A DNA stretch of 64,000 bases. Origin: an uncultured bacterium (GTDB lineage Bacteria > Acidobacteriota > HRBIN11 > JAKEFK01). Positions 19,938-29,474 of this stretch are shown piece after piece. Every line of letters starts with the position of its first letter. Position 1 is the stretch's first letter. The stretch lies in assembly GCA_963777505.1 (NCBI GenBank), contig CAVZQN010000004.1, positions 1,120,001-1,184,000 of the forward strand, read 5' to 3'. The translations under genes were made by a program, and so were the position numbers. The notes beneath the pieces were generated by a model. That model saw only the letters and a list, made by a program, of their open reading frames with translations. It was not told the DNA's origin and made no database searches.

Positions 19938-20849
19938 CTAGCCGCGGAACAGGTTTCGAACCACAAACATCAGATTTGCGGGACGTTCAGCCATGCGACG
20001 CATCAAGTACGAATACCATTCGCTGCCATAAGGAATATAAATCCGAACACGATACCCTTCCTTGATGAGCTGATCCTGGAGATCCCGCCTGATACCATAT
20101 AACATCTGAAATTCGAAACTCTCTTTAGCGATCTGCTCTTGTGACACGAAAAGCTTTGTCGCATCAATCATTTTTGGATCATGCGTTGCAATTCCATGAT
20201 AGATTCCGCTCTTCAAAAGCACTTTCATGAGTTTGATGTAGTTGCTGTCTGTATCTTCTTTCTTTTCAAATGAAATTTCAGGCGGTTCTTTGTAAGCGCC
20301 TTTGCAAAGTCTGATCCTTGATTTTAGAACAAGCATATTTTCAATATCTTTTTCAGATCGAAAAAGGTAAGCCTGAATTACAATTCCTACATTTTCATGA
20401 ACTTTTCGGAGTGCCGAAAAAATCCGTAAAGTAGCTTCAGTATAAGGTGAACCTTCCATATCAATTCGGACAAAGTTGTTCAGTTCCTTTGCGCGAATAA
20501 TAACTCTTTCAACGTTTGACTGGCAAAGGTTTTCATCAAATCCCAGCCCAAATTGAGTTAACTTTAAAGACACATTTGAGTTTGCTTGCGACTTGTCTAT
20601 TTCATCTAGCGCAGAAATGTACTCTTTGCAAGCTCCAGCGGCTTCTTCGACAGTGTTTACCATTTCTCCCAGAAAATCCACAGTTCCTGAAAATCCTTTA
20701 CGGTTTAATTCAAGGACAGCAGGGATCGCTTCCTTGATGTTATCACCTGCGACAAAACGGTGTGCTGTATTTTTGGCGAAACTGAATTTCATCGCAAGGT
20801 CTTTTAGACGTGCGTGTTCGCTCATGTACAGGAGAGTTGTTTTCAGCAT
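19938..20849 (-). CDS. Monofunctional proline dehydrogenase
   Basis: RFVAG, SLKLTQ, RIDME, RLCKGAY, ATHD, FQMLYG, YLMRRMAERPAN. Confidence 0.95.
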   Translation of the reverse strand: MLKTTLLYMSEHARLKDLAMKFSFAKNTAHRFVAGDNIKEAIPAVLELNRKGFSGTVDFLGEMVNTVEEAAGACKEYISALDEIDKSQANSNVSLKLTQFGLGFDENLCQSNVERVIIRAKELNNFVRIDMEGSPYTEATLRIFSALRKVHENVGIVIQAYLFRSEKDIENMLVLKSRIRLCKGAYKEPPEISFEKKEDTDSNYIKLMKVLLKSGIYHGIATHDPKMIDATKLFVSQEQIAKESFEFQMLYGIRRDLQDQLIKEGYRVRIYIPYGSEWYSYLMRRMAERPANLMFVVRNLFRG

Positions 20850-20869
20850 AACGTTTACCGGACTATCAG

Positions 20870-21646
20870 TTAGTTTCCCTTAAAAGTTGGGGTGCGTTTT
20901 TCGAGGAAAGCGGTTGTTCCTTCCTGCTTGTCTTCAGATTCGAACAGAATCCCTTGAGCATATTCGTCCAATGTCATTGCAGCTTCAGTAGACAATTCTG
21001 GAACAAGGTTCAATGAATGTTTCGCGAGTCGGATTGCCAATGGTCCGCGCGAAAGAATTTTGGCTGCATATTCTTTTGCCGCAGAAAGCAATTCGCCTTG
21101 TTTTACAATGCGTGATACAAGTCCAAGCTGAAATGCGCGCTGGGCGTCTATGAAATCGCCGGTCATCACCATTTCTTTTGCGACGCCTAACCCGGCAATG
21201 CGGTATAACCGAAATAAACCACCGGCGCCTGGCAGAATTCCAAGCGAAACTTCGGGTAGCCCAAACTTTGCATTCTCAGTGCAGACTCGTAAATCGCACG
21301 CCAGTGCAAGTTCAAATCCGCCTCCCAGAGCAAATCCGTTTACCGCAGCTATAACAGGCTTCGCACAATCTTCCACTGCTTTAAAAAGCCGTGAATTAAT
21401 GCCTCGCAGTGCGTCATGCTTTTTCCTTTCACGAATATCCTTAATATCCGCGCCCGAAACAAAAACTCGATCGCCAGCTCCTGTAATAATCGCAACACCT
21501 GCTTTATCTGAATCGGAAATTTCACGTATTACAGAATGAAGCTCATTAACAGTCTGCAAATCGAGAGCATTTCTAACATCCGGTCTGTTGATTGTAATCA
21601 GTGCGATGCGATCAGAAATTTCAAGGGAGATATTTTTCAGTTCCAT
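20870..21646 (-). CDS. Enoyl-CoA hydratase (crotonase family)
   Basis: INRPDVRNAL, FVSGADI, GFALGGGFELAL, GLPEVSLG. Confidence 0.93.
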   Translation of the reverse strand: MELKNISLEISDRIALITINRPDVRNALDLQTVNELHSVIREISDSDKAGVAIITGAGDRVFVSGADIKDIRERKKHDALRGINSRLFKAVEDCAKPVIAAVNGFALGGGFELALACDLRVCTENAKFGLPEVSLGILPGAGGLFRLYRIAGLGVAKEMVMTGDFIDAQRAFQLGLVSRIVKQGELLSAAKEYAAKILSRGPLAIRLAKHSLNLVPELSTEAAMTLDEYAQGILFESEDKQEGTTAFLEKRTPTFKGN

Positions 21647-21662
21647 TTGTTTCTCTTTTTTT

Positions 21663-21679
21663 ACCACAGAGCCGCAGAG
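21663..21679. repeat. Short dispersed repeat, family B (ACCACAGAG..CAGAG orientation)
   Basis: accacagagccgcagag between hbd and crt. Confidence 0.6.
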
Positions 21680-21681
21680 CT

Positions 21682-22527
21682 TCAATACTCATAAACGCCT
21701 TTCTTTGTTTTACGGCCGAGCCGTCCGGCCTTTACATATTGAACGAGAAGAGGGGCAGGACGATATTTTTCACCAAGGGTTTTATGCAAATAATTCAGAA
21801 TGCTGAGTCTTGTATCGAGACCGACGAGATCCACCATTTCAAACGGTCCCATTGGATGATTCAATCCAAGCTTCAATGCTTTATCTATATCTTCTGCGCT
21901 TGCGACTCCTTCCTGAAGCATACAGAAAGCTTCATTCCCAATCAGTGCATTAATTCTGCTCGTAACAAAACCTGGTGACTCGCGGACACTCACAGTTTCT
22001 TTGCCCATCTTGCGTCCAACTTCTTCTGTGGTACGCAGAGTATCCTCATCCGTTTCAAGGCCTTTAATCATTTCAACGAGTTTCATTTTGTGAACTGGAT
22101 TAAAAAAATGCATTCCAATGACTTTGGAAGGACGTCGGGTCACTGCGGCCATTTCGGTGATGCTTAATGATGATGTATTGCTTGCGAAAATTGCATGGGC
22201 AGGTGAGAGTGAATCCAATTTTCCATACGTTTCTATTTTTAAAGCAATATCTTCGGGAATCGCTTCAATAATGAAATCAGCTTGAGAGGATTCTTCAAAG
22301 CTTTGTGAGTAAGTCAAATTTGAAATGGTTGCATCCATTTGAGGCTGCGTGAGTTTATTCAGTTCAATTCCTTTTTTCAGATTCGATTGGATCTGATCGC
22401 GCGCGCGGGAGAGCATTTCCGCACTGATATCAAATAAGCGAGTTGTGTATCCTGCCTGGGCTGATACATGTGCAATACCGGATCCCATGATCCCGGCCCC
22501 CAATACAGTGATTGTCTTCACATGCAT
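21682..22527 (-). CDS. hbd: 3-hydroxyacyl(butyryl)-CoA dehydrogenase
   Basis: GAGIMGSG, SNTSSLSI, GMHFFNP, HPMGPF, GRLGRKT. Confidence 0.93.
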   Translation of the reverse strand: MHVKTITVLGAGIMGSGIAHVSAQAGYTTRLFDISAEMLSRARDQIQSNLKKGIELNKLTQPQMDATISNLTYSQSFEESSQADFIIEAIPEDIALKIETYGKLDSLSPAHAIFASNTSSLSITEMAAVTRRPSKVIGMHFFNPVHKMKLVEMIKGLETDEDTLRTTEEVGRKMGKETVSVRESPGFVTSRINALIGNEAFCMLQEGVASAEDIDKALKLGLNHPMGPFEMVDLVGLDTRLSILNYLHKTLGEKYRPAPLLVQYVKAGRLGRKTKKGVYEY

Positions 22528-22530
22528 GAA

Positions 22531-23190
22531 TTAACACCCTGGGATCTGGCAGATACCAAGCTTTTTCTCAGCTAATCCTCGCAATTCTTCTGCAATTGTG
22601 AGCGTTATCTTGATTGCGTCCCTGGCACGTGTCTGTGACTCTTCTGAAGTTGCATATTTTTCAAGCATCGTTTTGCCGAGCAAATGATGATAATTTTCAT
22701 CAGGCTGAATAATTTCGCTGTAAAGTTGAGCTGTTTTATCATCACCGCGCGATTCGCAAAACCGTATGAACTGAAGATTTCGTTTTAATGCTATTTTTTC
22801 GCGCGTAAATTGTCCGGACGCCAGACGCGAAATTGTATCAGGAATTGAAGCAAGAGTTTGATACATCGGGCTGAAACCGGCTTCAAGTGGATTGAAGTTT
22901 GAAAGATCGACACCCATTTCAATCAATCGTTTTTCAATAAGTCTGTAATGTTTTGCTTCATCGCCCGCCTGGCGCGCATATCCGAGCTTTACATCGATTT
23001 CCGGAGTGGTTGCCATCCAGTACGCTGCAAGCTGACTCGCTTCAACTTCGTTTTTTAACGCGATCTTAAGAAGTGGAATAATTTCAACGTTACCTTGAGA
23101 CTCAGACTCAACCAGTTCTAATTTATCGAGTCCGGAAAGTGTACTCTCAAGCAGTTCATCCATCTCGCGAACGAAATCTTGACTCTTCAT
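22531..23190 (-). CDS. Ferritin-like di-iron four-helix-bundle protein of unknown function
   Basis: Ligand set NE(VEAS)..DEAKH..RE(KIA)..DENYH; C-terminal CQIPGC. Confidence 0.8.
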   Translation of the reverse strand: MKSQDFVREMDELLESTLSGLDKLELVESESQGNVEIIPLLKIALKNEVEASQLAAYWMATTPEIDVKLGYARQAGDEAKHYRLIEKRLIEMGVDLSNFNPLEAGFSPMYQTLASIPDTISRLASGQFTREKIALKRNLQFIRFCESRGDDKTAQLYSEIIQPDENYHHLLGKTMLEKYATSEESQTRARDAIKITLTIAEELRGLAEKKLGICQIPGC

Positions 23191-23861
23191 CGTGACGACT
23201 CCGCAGGGTTGATACTCTCTTGCGGACTCGGTGATAAGTATTGATATGCCATCAACTTTTGAATACTTGTACGAAGATCAAGAGTTTTTTGGTTGTCCGG
23301 ATCAGAACTGAACATTGGAAAATGTACGAATGAAAGCACTAAAGAGATTACAAGTATGCTAAACATCAGCGTTCCTGAACGCTTCAACCTGAATCCTATT
23401 CCTGAAGTAATACGATAAAAAAAGAAGGTAATGATTGCAACAAAGGCAAATGCTATTGCCAGGATTCCAGTTCTAAATGCAGGCGTTAAAGTTACGTTCG
23501 AGAAATATGACTGTGTGCAATGATAAACAACTGCCAGAAAGAAAATCCCAAGAATCCCTGCAAGTGTGGCGCTGCGAAAAGTCGGATCATCATGTTTATC
23601 CATTGTGAATAGGACCCATCTCAGCAAACCATATGTCAATACCGCAACTACAGCGGCAATTACGAGATATAAGAAGAAGGATGCAACAAAGATATATGGA
23701 CTCAGCCGAACGGAGTTTTGCGCAAACATCGGGCTTAATGTTTGCCAGTAAAATGCTTCACCAAAGCCCCATATCGTCCATACAAGTATCGAAAAACTCA
23801 AGGCTTCAGTTAGTGGGAATTTGAAACTATCGACAATTTTATCTTTGATTAGAACTTTCAT
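23187..23861 (-). CDS. Hypothetical membrane protein (about 5 TM helices)
   Basis: Long hydrophobic segments; 4-bp overlap with the downstream gene; start at 23861 or 23894. Confidence 0.7.
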   Translation of the reverse strand: MKVLIKDKIVDSFKFPLTEALSFSILVWTIWGFGEAFYWQTLSPMFAQNSVRLSPYIFVASFFLYLVIAAVVAVLTYGLLRWVLFTMDKHDDPTFRSATLAGILGIFFLAVVYHCTQSYFSNVTLTPAFRTGILAIAFAFVAIITFFFYRITSGIGFRLKRSGTLMFSILVISLVLSFVHFPMFSSDPDNQKTLDLRTSIQKLMAYQYLSPSPQESINPAESSR

Positions 23862-23890
23862 GGGAGACGGTATTATAGCCCCGTAATAGC

Positions 23891-24775
23891 TCAACCGCCA
23901 AGACGCATAGTTCTTAATAACGCTAGATTCACTACATCTTCGGCGAGATCTTTCCCTTTCGGTGTTTCTAATACCTTTGGGATTTTCTTAAAACGTTCAT
24001 CATTCATCAACAACTGGAAGGCCTGTATTCCAAGATGGCCCTTTCCGATATGTTCATGCCGGTCCACATTTGAATTCAGTTGCGTTTTAGAATCATTTAA
24101 GTGAAACGCTAAGATTTTTCGCGCAGGAACTTTACGTAACAGCTCATTAAATGTGGACTCATAAGCTTCCTTCGTTCTGAGATCATAACCGGCAGCAAAG
24201 AAATGACACGTATCAATGCATACTCCGATCCGGTTTGAGAAGCTGCAGTTATTTAGAATGTATTGCAGATGCTCGATCTTAGATCCAAGACAATTGCCTT
24301 GACCGGCAGTATTTTCAATAGCTATTTTGCATTTCATGCCTTCCGTTTGAGAAAAGACACGGTTTAAAGCAGCGACTACAGACTTGAGGCCTTGCTGTTC
24401 GCCGCAGCCACGATGCGATCCCGGATGTAAAACGATAAAATTAAGCCCTAATTGTTCTGCCCGGATTATTTCAGCGGTCAAGGCAGCAATCGATCGTTCA
24501 TAGAAATCACTTTCACATCCAAGATTAATCAAATAACTACAATGAGCAAAGATTGGAGTAATCCGTGAAGCTTTTCGGGCTTTTCGAAAAAGTGTAATTT
24601 CTTCTGTTGAAATATCTTTTGCAGCCCACCGGCTCGCATTTCGCGTAAATATTTGAATTGTGTTGCAGCCTATGGAATGTCCACGCTCCAGTGCACGGTA
24701 AAGTCCGCCTTCAACCGACATATGTGCGCCAAGTGGTTCGCGAATTTTTGGAGGGTTGGCCTCAATAGTTCTCAA
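23891..24775 (-). CDS. nfo: Endonuclease IV (deoxyribonuclease IV)
   Basis: LGAHMS, HCSYLINL, HPGSH, ENTAGQG, DTCH, HLNDSK, DRH, LETP; probable TTG start at 24775. Confidence 0.95.
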   Translation of the reverse strand: MRTIEANPPKIREPLGAHMSVEGGLYRALERGHSIGCNTIQIFTRNASRWAAKDISTEEITLFRKARKASRITPIFAHCSYLINLGCESDFYERSIAALTAEIIRAEQLGLNFIVLHPGSHRGCGEQQGLKSVVAALNRVFSQTEGMKCKIAIENTAGQGNCLGSKIEHLQYILNNCSFSNRIGVCIDTCHFFAAGYDLRTKEAYESTFNELLRKVPARKILAFHLNDSKTQLNSNVDRHEHIGKGHLGIQAFQLLMNDERFKKIPKVLETPKGKDLAEDVVNLALLRTMRLGG

Positions 24776-25760
24776 GAGCTTTGCGAGCCTCAGCAAGTAC
24801 AGTCTGCTCAATTTGTGGAAGGGCCCCAAGTAAACGGATACCAGAGGCATGATTGTGTCCACCACCGCCAAATGTGGATGCGAGCTGGCTTGCGTTAAAG
24901 TTGCCTTTAGCTCGAAGACTGATTTTTACATCATTCGGCACAACTTCTAAGAAAAGAACTGAAAGTATTACACCTTTGCAATTTCTGGCCATATCCACAA
25001 ACCCTTCAACGTCATCTGGATGAATATTATTTTCGGTGAGCATTTGATGCGGAATCGTAATCCAGGCAAGTTTCTGATCACAATCCAATCGAAGAGTTGA
25101 TAAAACTTTTCCCATGAACTTCAAACGTTCAGCAGAGTGATTCTGATAGAGATTTTCAAAAATTAATCTACACGGAAGACCATAATCCATCAATTCAAAA
25201 GCAATTTGATGAGACCGCGCGCTTGTATTGGAGAAACTAAAAGACCCTGTATCAGAGAGTATTGCAGTATATAAAGGTTCTGCGATGGCAGGTGTAATCA
25301 CGATGCTTAAAAATCGAGCAAGGTCATAAACGATTTCGGCGCTGGCGCAGGCTTGAACATTCACCAGATGATAGTCTGCGTGCCCTCCTGTATACGGATG
25401 ATGATCCATGCAGATTTTTGGTTTGCCTGAATCACGGATTACATCAGCAAGTGCACCGAGACGTTCCCAGCGGCTAATATCCAGGATGAAAATTGCATCG
25501 ACATCAGGAAGTGGTTCTCCTTGTTGATAGTGTTTTACTTCCTTACGTGTATCGATAAAGGTGTAGTTGTGTGAAAGCGGCGTCGGGTTCAATATGAGCG
25601 TTTGTTTACCGAGGGATCTTAGCGCTTCAGCTAATGCAATTTCTGAACCTAAAGCGTCAGGATCAGCTTGAACATGTGTTGTGATTAGAAATCGATTTGC
25701 ATTTCCAACTGTTTCGCGAATTGAATTCCAATCGCCGGAGTATTGTGATGCGGGTATCAT
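24762..25760 (-). CDS. nrnA: DHH/DHHA1 phosphoesterase (nanoRNase/pAp phosphatase)
   Basis: THVQADPDALGS, DHH, DTGSF, SLR, GGGH. Confidence 0.88.
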   Translation of the reverse strand: MIPASQYSGDWNSIRETVGNANRFLITTHVQADPDALGSEIALAEALRSLGKQTLILNPTPLSHNYTFIDTRKEVKHYQQGEPLPDVDAIFILDISRWERLGALADVIRDSGKPKICMDHHPYTGGHADYHLVNVQACASAEIVYDLARFLSIVITPAIAEPLYTAILSDTGSFSFSNTSARSHQIAFELMDYGLPCRLIFENLYQNHSAERLKFMGKVLSTLRLDCDQKLAWITIPHQMLTENNIHPDDVEGFVDMARNCKGVILSVLFLEVVPNDVKISLRAKGNFNASQLASTFGGGGHNHASGIRLLGALPQIEQTVLAEARKALENY

Positions 25761-25823
25761 TTGAAACTTCCCCCTTTCAAGGAGAGCGTTCCAATATAAC
25801 GTTGTAGTTTCCAAAAATCAACT

Positions 25824-25885
25824 TGTAGGAAACGATCCTTGTGAACCCGCCTTCATTTCCACTGCTACACCAGGGACGCCCTACA
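25824..25885. repeat. Degenerate GTAG-type REP-like inverted pair
   Basis: tgtaggaaacgatccttgtg ... cagggacgccctaca (GTAG...CTAC termini). Confidence 0.45.
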
Positions 25886-25934
25886 GTTAAAATAATGTTG
25901 TAATATTAACAATCTTGCTGGAGTAATCTTCAAA

Positions 25935-26795
25935 ATGGGACAGATCGTTAACATAGACGGCACACTGTATCCGCCGGAAGACGCAAAAATTTCTGTATTC
26001 GATCACGGTTTTTTATACGGTGACAACATTTATGAGGCGCTTCGAACCTACCGCGGTAAGATTTTCTTAATTGAACGTCACCTCTTCCGCCTTGAAGCTT
26101 CGTCAAAACTAATTCATCTCAAGCTCCCATTCAGTGGTAACGAATTCCGCCGTCAGTTGGAACTCACAATAGCGGCAGCAGGAAATAGTGAATCGTATAT
26201 GCGTTTGATTGTTACCCGCGGAAAGGGAGCAATCAGTCTTGACATGGATCGCAGTGAACGGGCAAGTTTTGTAATTATTGCAGGCCCTCTTGAGCCTTTC
26301 CCAGCCGAACATTATGAAAAAGGTGTCAAGGTTGCGATGGTTGCGATCCGAAGAAATGATAGACAAGCGTTGAATCCGCGAATCAAGTCCGGCAACTTGT
26401 TGAATAATGTTCTTGCTTATGGTCAGGCAAAATCGGAAGGAGCTTTTGAAGGCATTTTATGTAATCTCGCTGGTAATGTAACTGAAGCTACAAGCAGCAA
26501 TGTCTTTATTGTAAAAAATGGGATCCTGATCACTCCTTCTCTTGAATCGGGATTACTTTCAGGTGTAACTCGTGGGCTCGTTTTAGAACTTGCGGCATCG
26601 CAACAAATTCCGATTGAAGAGCGGGATGTCTCACCGTCAGAAATGCAAACCTGCGACGAATGTTTCATTACAAGCACTACAAAAGCTGTGATGCCTGTAA
26701 ATCAGATTAGCGAGAAACCTCTACCCCCCGCACCTGGCCCAGTAACAAAACAGATCATGCTAGCGTATCGGCAGTTTGTTGATGATCGTTACTGA
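25935..26795 (+). CDS. Class IV PLP aminotransferase (branched-chain/D-amino acid)
   Basis: DHGFLYGDNIYE, HLFRL, KSGNLL, EATSSN, LSGVTR. Confidence 0.92.
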   Translation: MGQIVNIDGTLYPPEDAKISVFDHGFLYGDNIYEALRTYRGKIFLIERHLFRLEASSKLIHLKLPFSGNEFRRQLELTIAAAGNSESYMRLIVTRGKGAISLDMDRSERASFVIIAGPLEPFPAEHYEKGVKVAMVAIRRNDRQALNPRIKSGNLLNNVLAYGQAKSEGAFEGILCNLAGNVTEATSSNVFIVKNGILITPSLESGLLSGVTRGLVLELAASQQIPIEERDVSPSEMQTCDECFITSTTKAVMPVNQISEKPLPPAPGPVTKQIMLAYRQFVDDRY

Positions 26796-27385
26796 TCGGA
26801 TTTGCGGCTGTGTCTCCGTTTTTTTCGGGACGCTTTCGGTTCTTCGGATTCAGTAGATGGCGCCGCTGATGCTGGCTGAACTGGAACAATTGCGTGTTGC
26901 GGAGCGCGCTGTCCGATCCAGCCTTGAATTTTCTTTAGAATTGCTTCAGGTACCAGGATCTCTGCATTCTTAATCCCTTTTTGAATTGTTGTAAGAAGAT
27001 CTTTTTTCCCGCGCCAGTGTGAATTTACAATTTCAGGATCAATCCAATTTAGAAGCACATTCATAGCGAAGGCAGCCAGAACAAAGTCATCTGCAATTCC
27101 AAATAGCCCGCTGAAGAGCTCAGGAATAAAATCCAGAGGAGCAAAAATGTAAGCGAGAACGGAACCAACAAAGATTTTTACTTTACGGTCAACCCGTTCA
27201 TCAAGCAAGATTCCAAATAATAAGACGATGAAGTTTCGCAGCGTCAGAGCTGCATCGAACAGACGCGAAACAAACCAGGATCGCTTTTCTTGAAAAGAGG
27301 TTTCCTCGACATTCGAAGTCCCATCTTCATCATTGTCCAGATGCGAGGCACCGGTCATCGATGAAGCATTTGCAATTTCATTCAT
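26789..27385 (-). CDS. DUF1232 (YkvA) family membrane protein
   Basis: LAYIFAPLDFIPE..GIADD motif. Confidence 0.88.
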   Translation of the reverse strand: MNEIANASSMTGASHLDNDEDGTSNVEETSFQEKRSWFVSRLFDAALTLRNFIVLLFGILLDERVDRKVKIFVGSVLAYIFAPLDFIPELFSGLFGIADDFVLAAFAMNVLLNWIDPEIVNSHWRGKKDLLTTIQKGIKNAEILVPEAILKKIQGWIGQRAPQHAIVPVQPASAAPSTESEEPKASRKKRRHSRKSDQ

Positions 27386-27449
27386 GAATCTTCCTCCACT
27401 ACAATGGGCGGATCTGAACCGCTCCCAATAAAAGATAAGATACTATTAG

Positions 27450-27478
27450 TATACGTTCCAGTGGCTGTTGATGTTTCG
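27450..27478 (-). promoter_or_regulatory. Putative ECF sigma promoter upstream of the DUF1232 gene
   Basis: Minus strand cGAAAC-N17-CGTAta, resembling the SigW/SigM-type GAAAC...CGT consensus. Confidence 0.45.
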
Positions 27479-27496
27479 GAGTGTTCTTAGCAGTGT

Positions 27497-29401
27497 TTAC
27501 GGCACTGTCTCGCTTTGCTCGACTGCGTGCCTTACTACAAATACTTCGACCGGCTGACTTTTGCCTTTCACGGTTAAGGGTTCCATGGGGTCAGCTTTCA
27601 CGAATTCTTTCACTTCTTCATAAGTGCTTGCGCTTATGAGGATTTGACCTCGCTGTGCGTTCGATTGAAGACGCGATGCAAGATTGACTATGTCGCCAAC
27701 GACGGTGTAGTCGAAAAATTCAGCAGAGCCTAGATTTCCTACGATTACATCACCGGTAGAAATTCCAATTCCAACATCCAGCGAGTGTGGCTTGCCGCGA
27801 TCTGCCCATTCTTTCTTTAAGGCTTCTATTTCGTGAATCATTTCAAGCGCCATTTCGACTGCGCGTTTTGCATGATCCGGAAAAGGAATCGGATTACCGA
27901 AAAATGCCATGACGCAATCACCCATGAATTTATCGAGAGTTCCGCCATGTTTGAAAACGAGTTTTGTCATTCGGCTGAAATATTCATTCAATAACTCGGA
28001 CACTTTCTCAGGCTCCATCTGTTCTGACATGGTAGTAAATCCGCGAATATCAGAAAAGAAGACTGTGAGGCGTTCTTTCTTGCCGCTAAACCGGACCAGA
28101 TTTCTGTTGCGAATTAATTCTTGAACAACATTCGGCGCGACATATCTGCCAAAAAGCTGCTCAATCCTTCGCTTTTCTGCGGCTTCTTCAGCCTGACGTC
28201 CTGCAAGTCCGGCAGCAGCAATCGAAAAAATGGAGAGTAAGATCGCCGATCCTTGAATGTATTCTCCCGATTGAAATCTCAAATATTGGAAAAAACAAAA
28301 TGCTAAAGCAAGCAGAACACAAACTCCAGTTGCCAGAAATGCATTCCTTTTCAAACCAAGCATTACGGCAGCAGCAAGAAAAGAAAAAATTCCAAGAAGT
28401 ATCATGACCCATCTCTTTGGAAACGGCGCAATAAAACGTTTGTTAAGAATGGTATGAATCGCATTTGCATGGATTTCAACGCCGTACATGCTTTGCATTT
28501 GGTGAGCTTCGATCGTCTGAACATTTTTCATGCTCTTGATTTGTCTTGGTTTGCGTTTCATCGGAACGGGATAATAGTCTTGTGCCAGTGGATTCATATT
28601 TCCAATCAAAACGATTTTTCCCTTCACTTGATCCGGGACGAAATCCTTTTTTAGAATTTTGTGGAACGCAATTTTGGGGAAGTGCCCGGAAGGCCCGGCA
28701 TAATTGATGTAAAAACCATCAGTGCCTCTCCGTTGAGGGTATGGAATCCGAAGATCGCCTACCTTCATCCATCGGGAGTCTTTGAGATCTACCTTAAAAT
28801 CCCCTTCAGGATAAAGACGAGCCAAAGCGATCTGTAATGCAAAAGGAAAGTCCAGGATTAAATCTCCTTCAGGTGTTGTTCTTGCAAACGGTGGAGGAGC
28901 CGTTCGCATCACACCATCTTCATCGGGAAATAAATTCAAAAAGCCTTCGCCAATTTCCTGCTGTCTGAAGATTTCTAAGGGAACTCTTCGGTTTTGTTCT
29001 GAGGTTTCCGAAACGAGAATTACATTCGCAGCGTCTTCCAGGGCTGACCGCAAAGCTTCATCCTGAAGGGGGTCATTGGGAGAAGGAAGAGCGAAGAGAA
29101 TATCAATGGCGATGATGTCTGAGCCTGCTTCTGCAAGATTTCGAATTGCCTGAGCGTAGTCGGTGCGTTTCCATTCAGCCGATTTTCGTCCCATCGCTTT
29201 TGCGCTTTCTGTGTCAAGTGCGACGATAATAATGTCTTTCCCTGGATCGACCGGGCCTCGAAAGTTAAAGTGCCTGGTGAGAATAAAGTTATCAGCTGAA
29301 AGAAAGGCGCCCTTTAAAAATAAGTAGTACGATAATAGTAGTATTATTAGTATAACAGCTATTGTAACTGTAAGAATCCGTTTATTGGTGATCGCAAGCA
29401 T
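27497..29401 (-). CDS. CHASE2-domain class III adenylate cyclase
   Basis: TM-CHASE2 (D.DGVMR, GKIVLIG, GVEIHA)-3TM, then FSDIRGFT, DKFMGD, YTVVGDIVNLASRL. Confidence 0.93.
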   Translation of the reverse strand: MLAITNKRILTVTIAVILIILLLSYYLFLKGAFLSADNFILTRHFNFRGPVDPGKDIIIVALDTESAKAMGRKSAEWKRTDYAQAIRNLAEAGSDIIAIDILFALPSPNDPLQDEALRSALEDAANVILVSETSEQNRRVPLEIFRQQEIGEGFLNLFPDEDGVMRTAPPPFARTTPEGDLILDFPFALQIALARLYPEGDFKVDLKDSRWMKVGDLRIPYPQRRGTDGFYINYAGPSGHFPKIAFHKILKKDFVPDQVKGKIVLIGNMNPLAQDYYPVPMKRKPRQIKSMKNVQTIEAHQMQSMYGVEIHANAIHTILNKRFIAPFPKRWVMILLGIFSFLAAAVMLGLKRNAFLATGVCVLLALAFCFFQYLRFQSGEYIQGSAILLSIFSIAAAGLAGRQAEEAAEKRRIEQLFGRYVAPNVVQELIRNRNLVRFSGKKERLTVFFSDIRGFTTMSEQMEPEKVSELLNEYFSRMTKLVFKHGGTLDKFMGDCVMAFFGNPIPFPDHAKRAVEMALEMIHEIEALKKEWADRGKPHSLDVGIGISTGDVIVGNLGSAEFFDYTVVGDIVNLASRLQSNAQRGQILISASTYEEVKEFVKADPMEPLTVKGKSQPVEVFVVRHAVEQSETVP

Positions 29402-29421
29402 GTGAAAAAAGACTAACTCAA

Positions 29422-29474
29422 GTGCAGACGGGACGTCTGCGGTCCCTAATGCAGACGGGACGTCTGCGATCCCC
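29422..29474 (-). repeat. REP-like doublet, family A (best-conserved copy)
   Basis: Two tandem tgcagacgggacgtctgcg hairpins; overlaps the last codons of the upstream CDS. Confidence 0.8.

Noticed and set aside
22531-22560. Ferritin-like C-terminus as an encapsulin targeting peptide or selenocysteine site
   Set aside because: No LxVGSL-like motif, no encapsulin gene in the window, and the stop is TAA rather than TGA
25800-25900. Possible 6S RNA or riboswitch between nrnA and the aminotransferase
   Set aside because: No recognisable conserved motif; GTAG...CTAC ends fit a degenerate REP pair better. An Rfam cmscan would settle it
29422-29474. Tandem palindromic repeats as a mini CRISPR array
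   Set aside because: Only two units with a few-base linker, no spacer-length unique sequence and no cas genes
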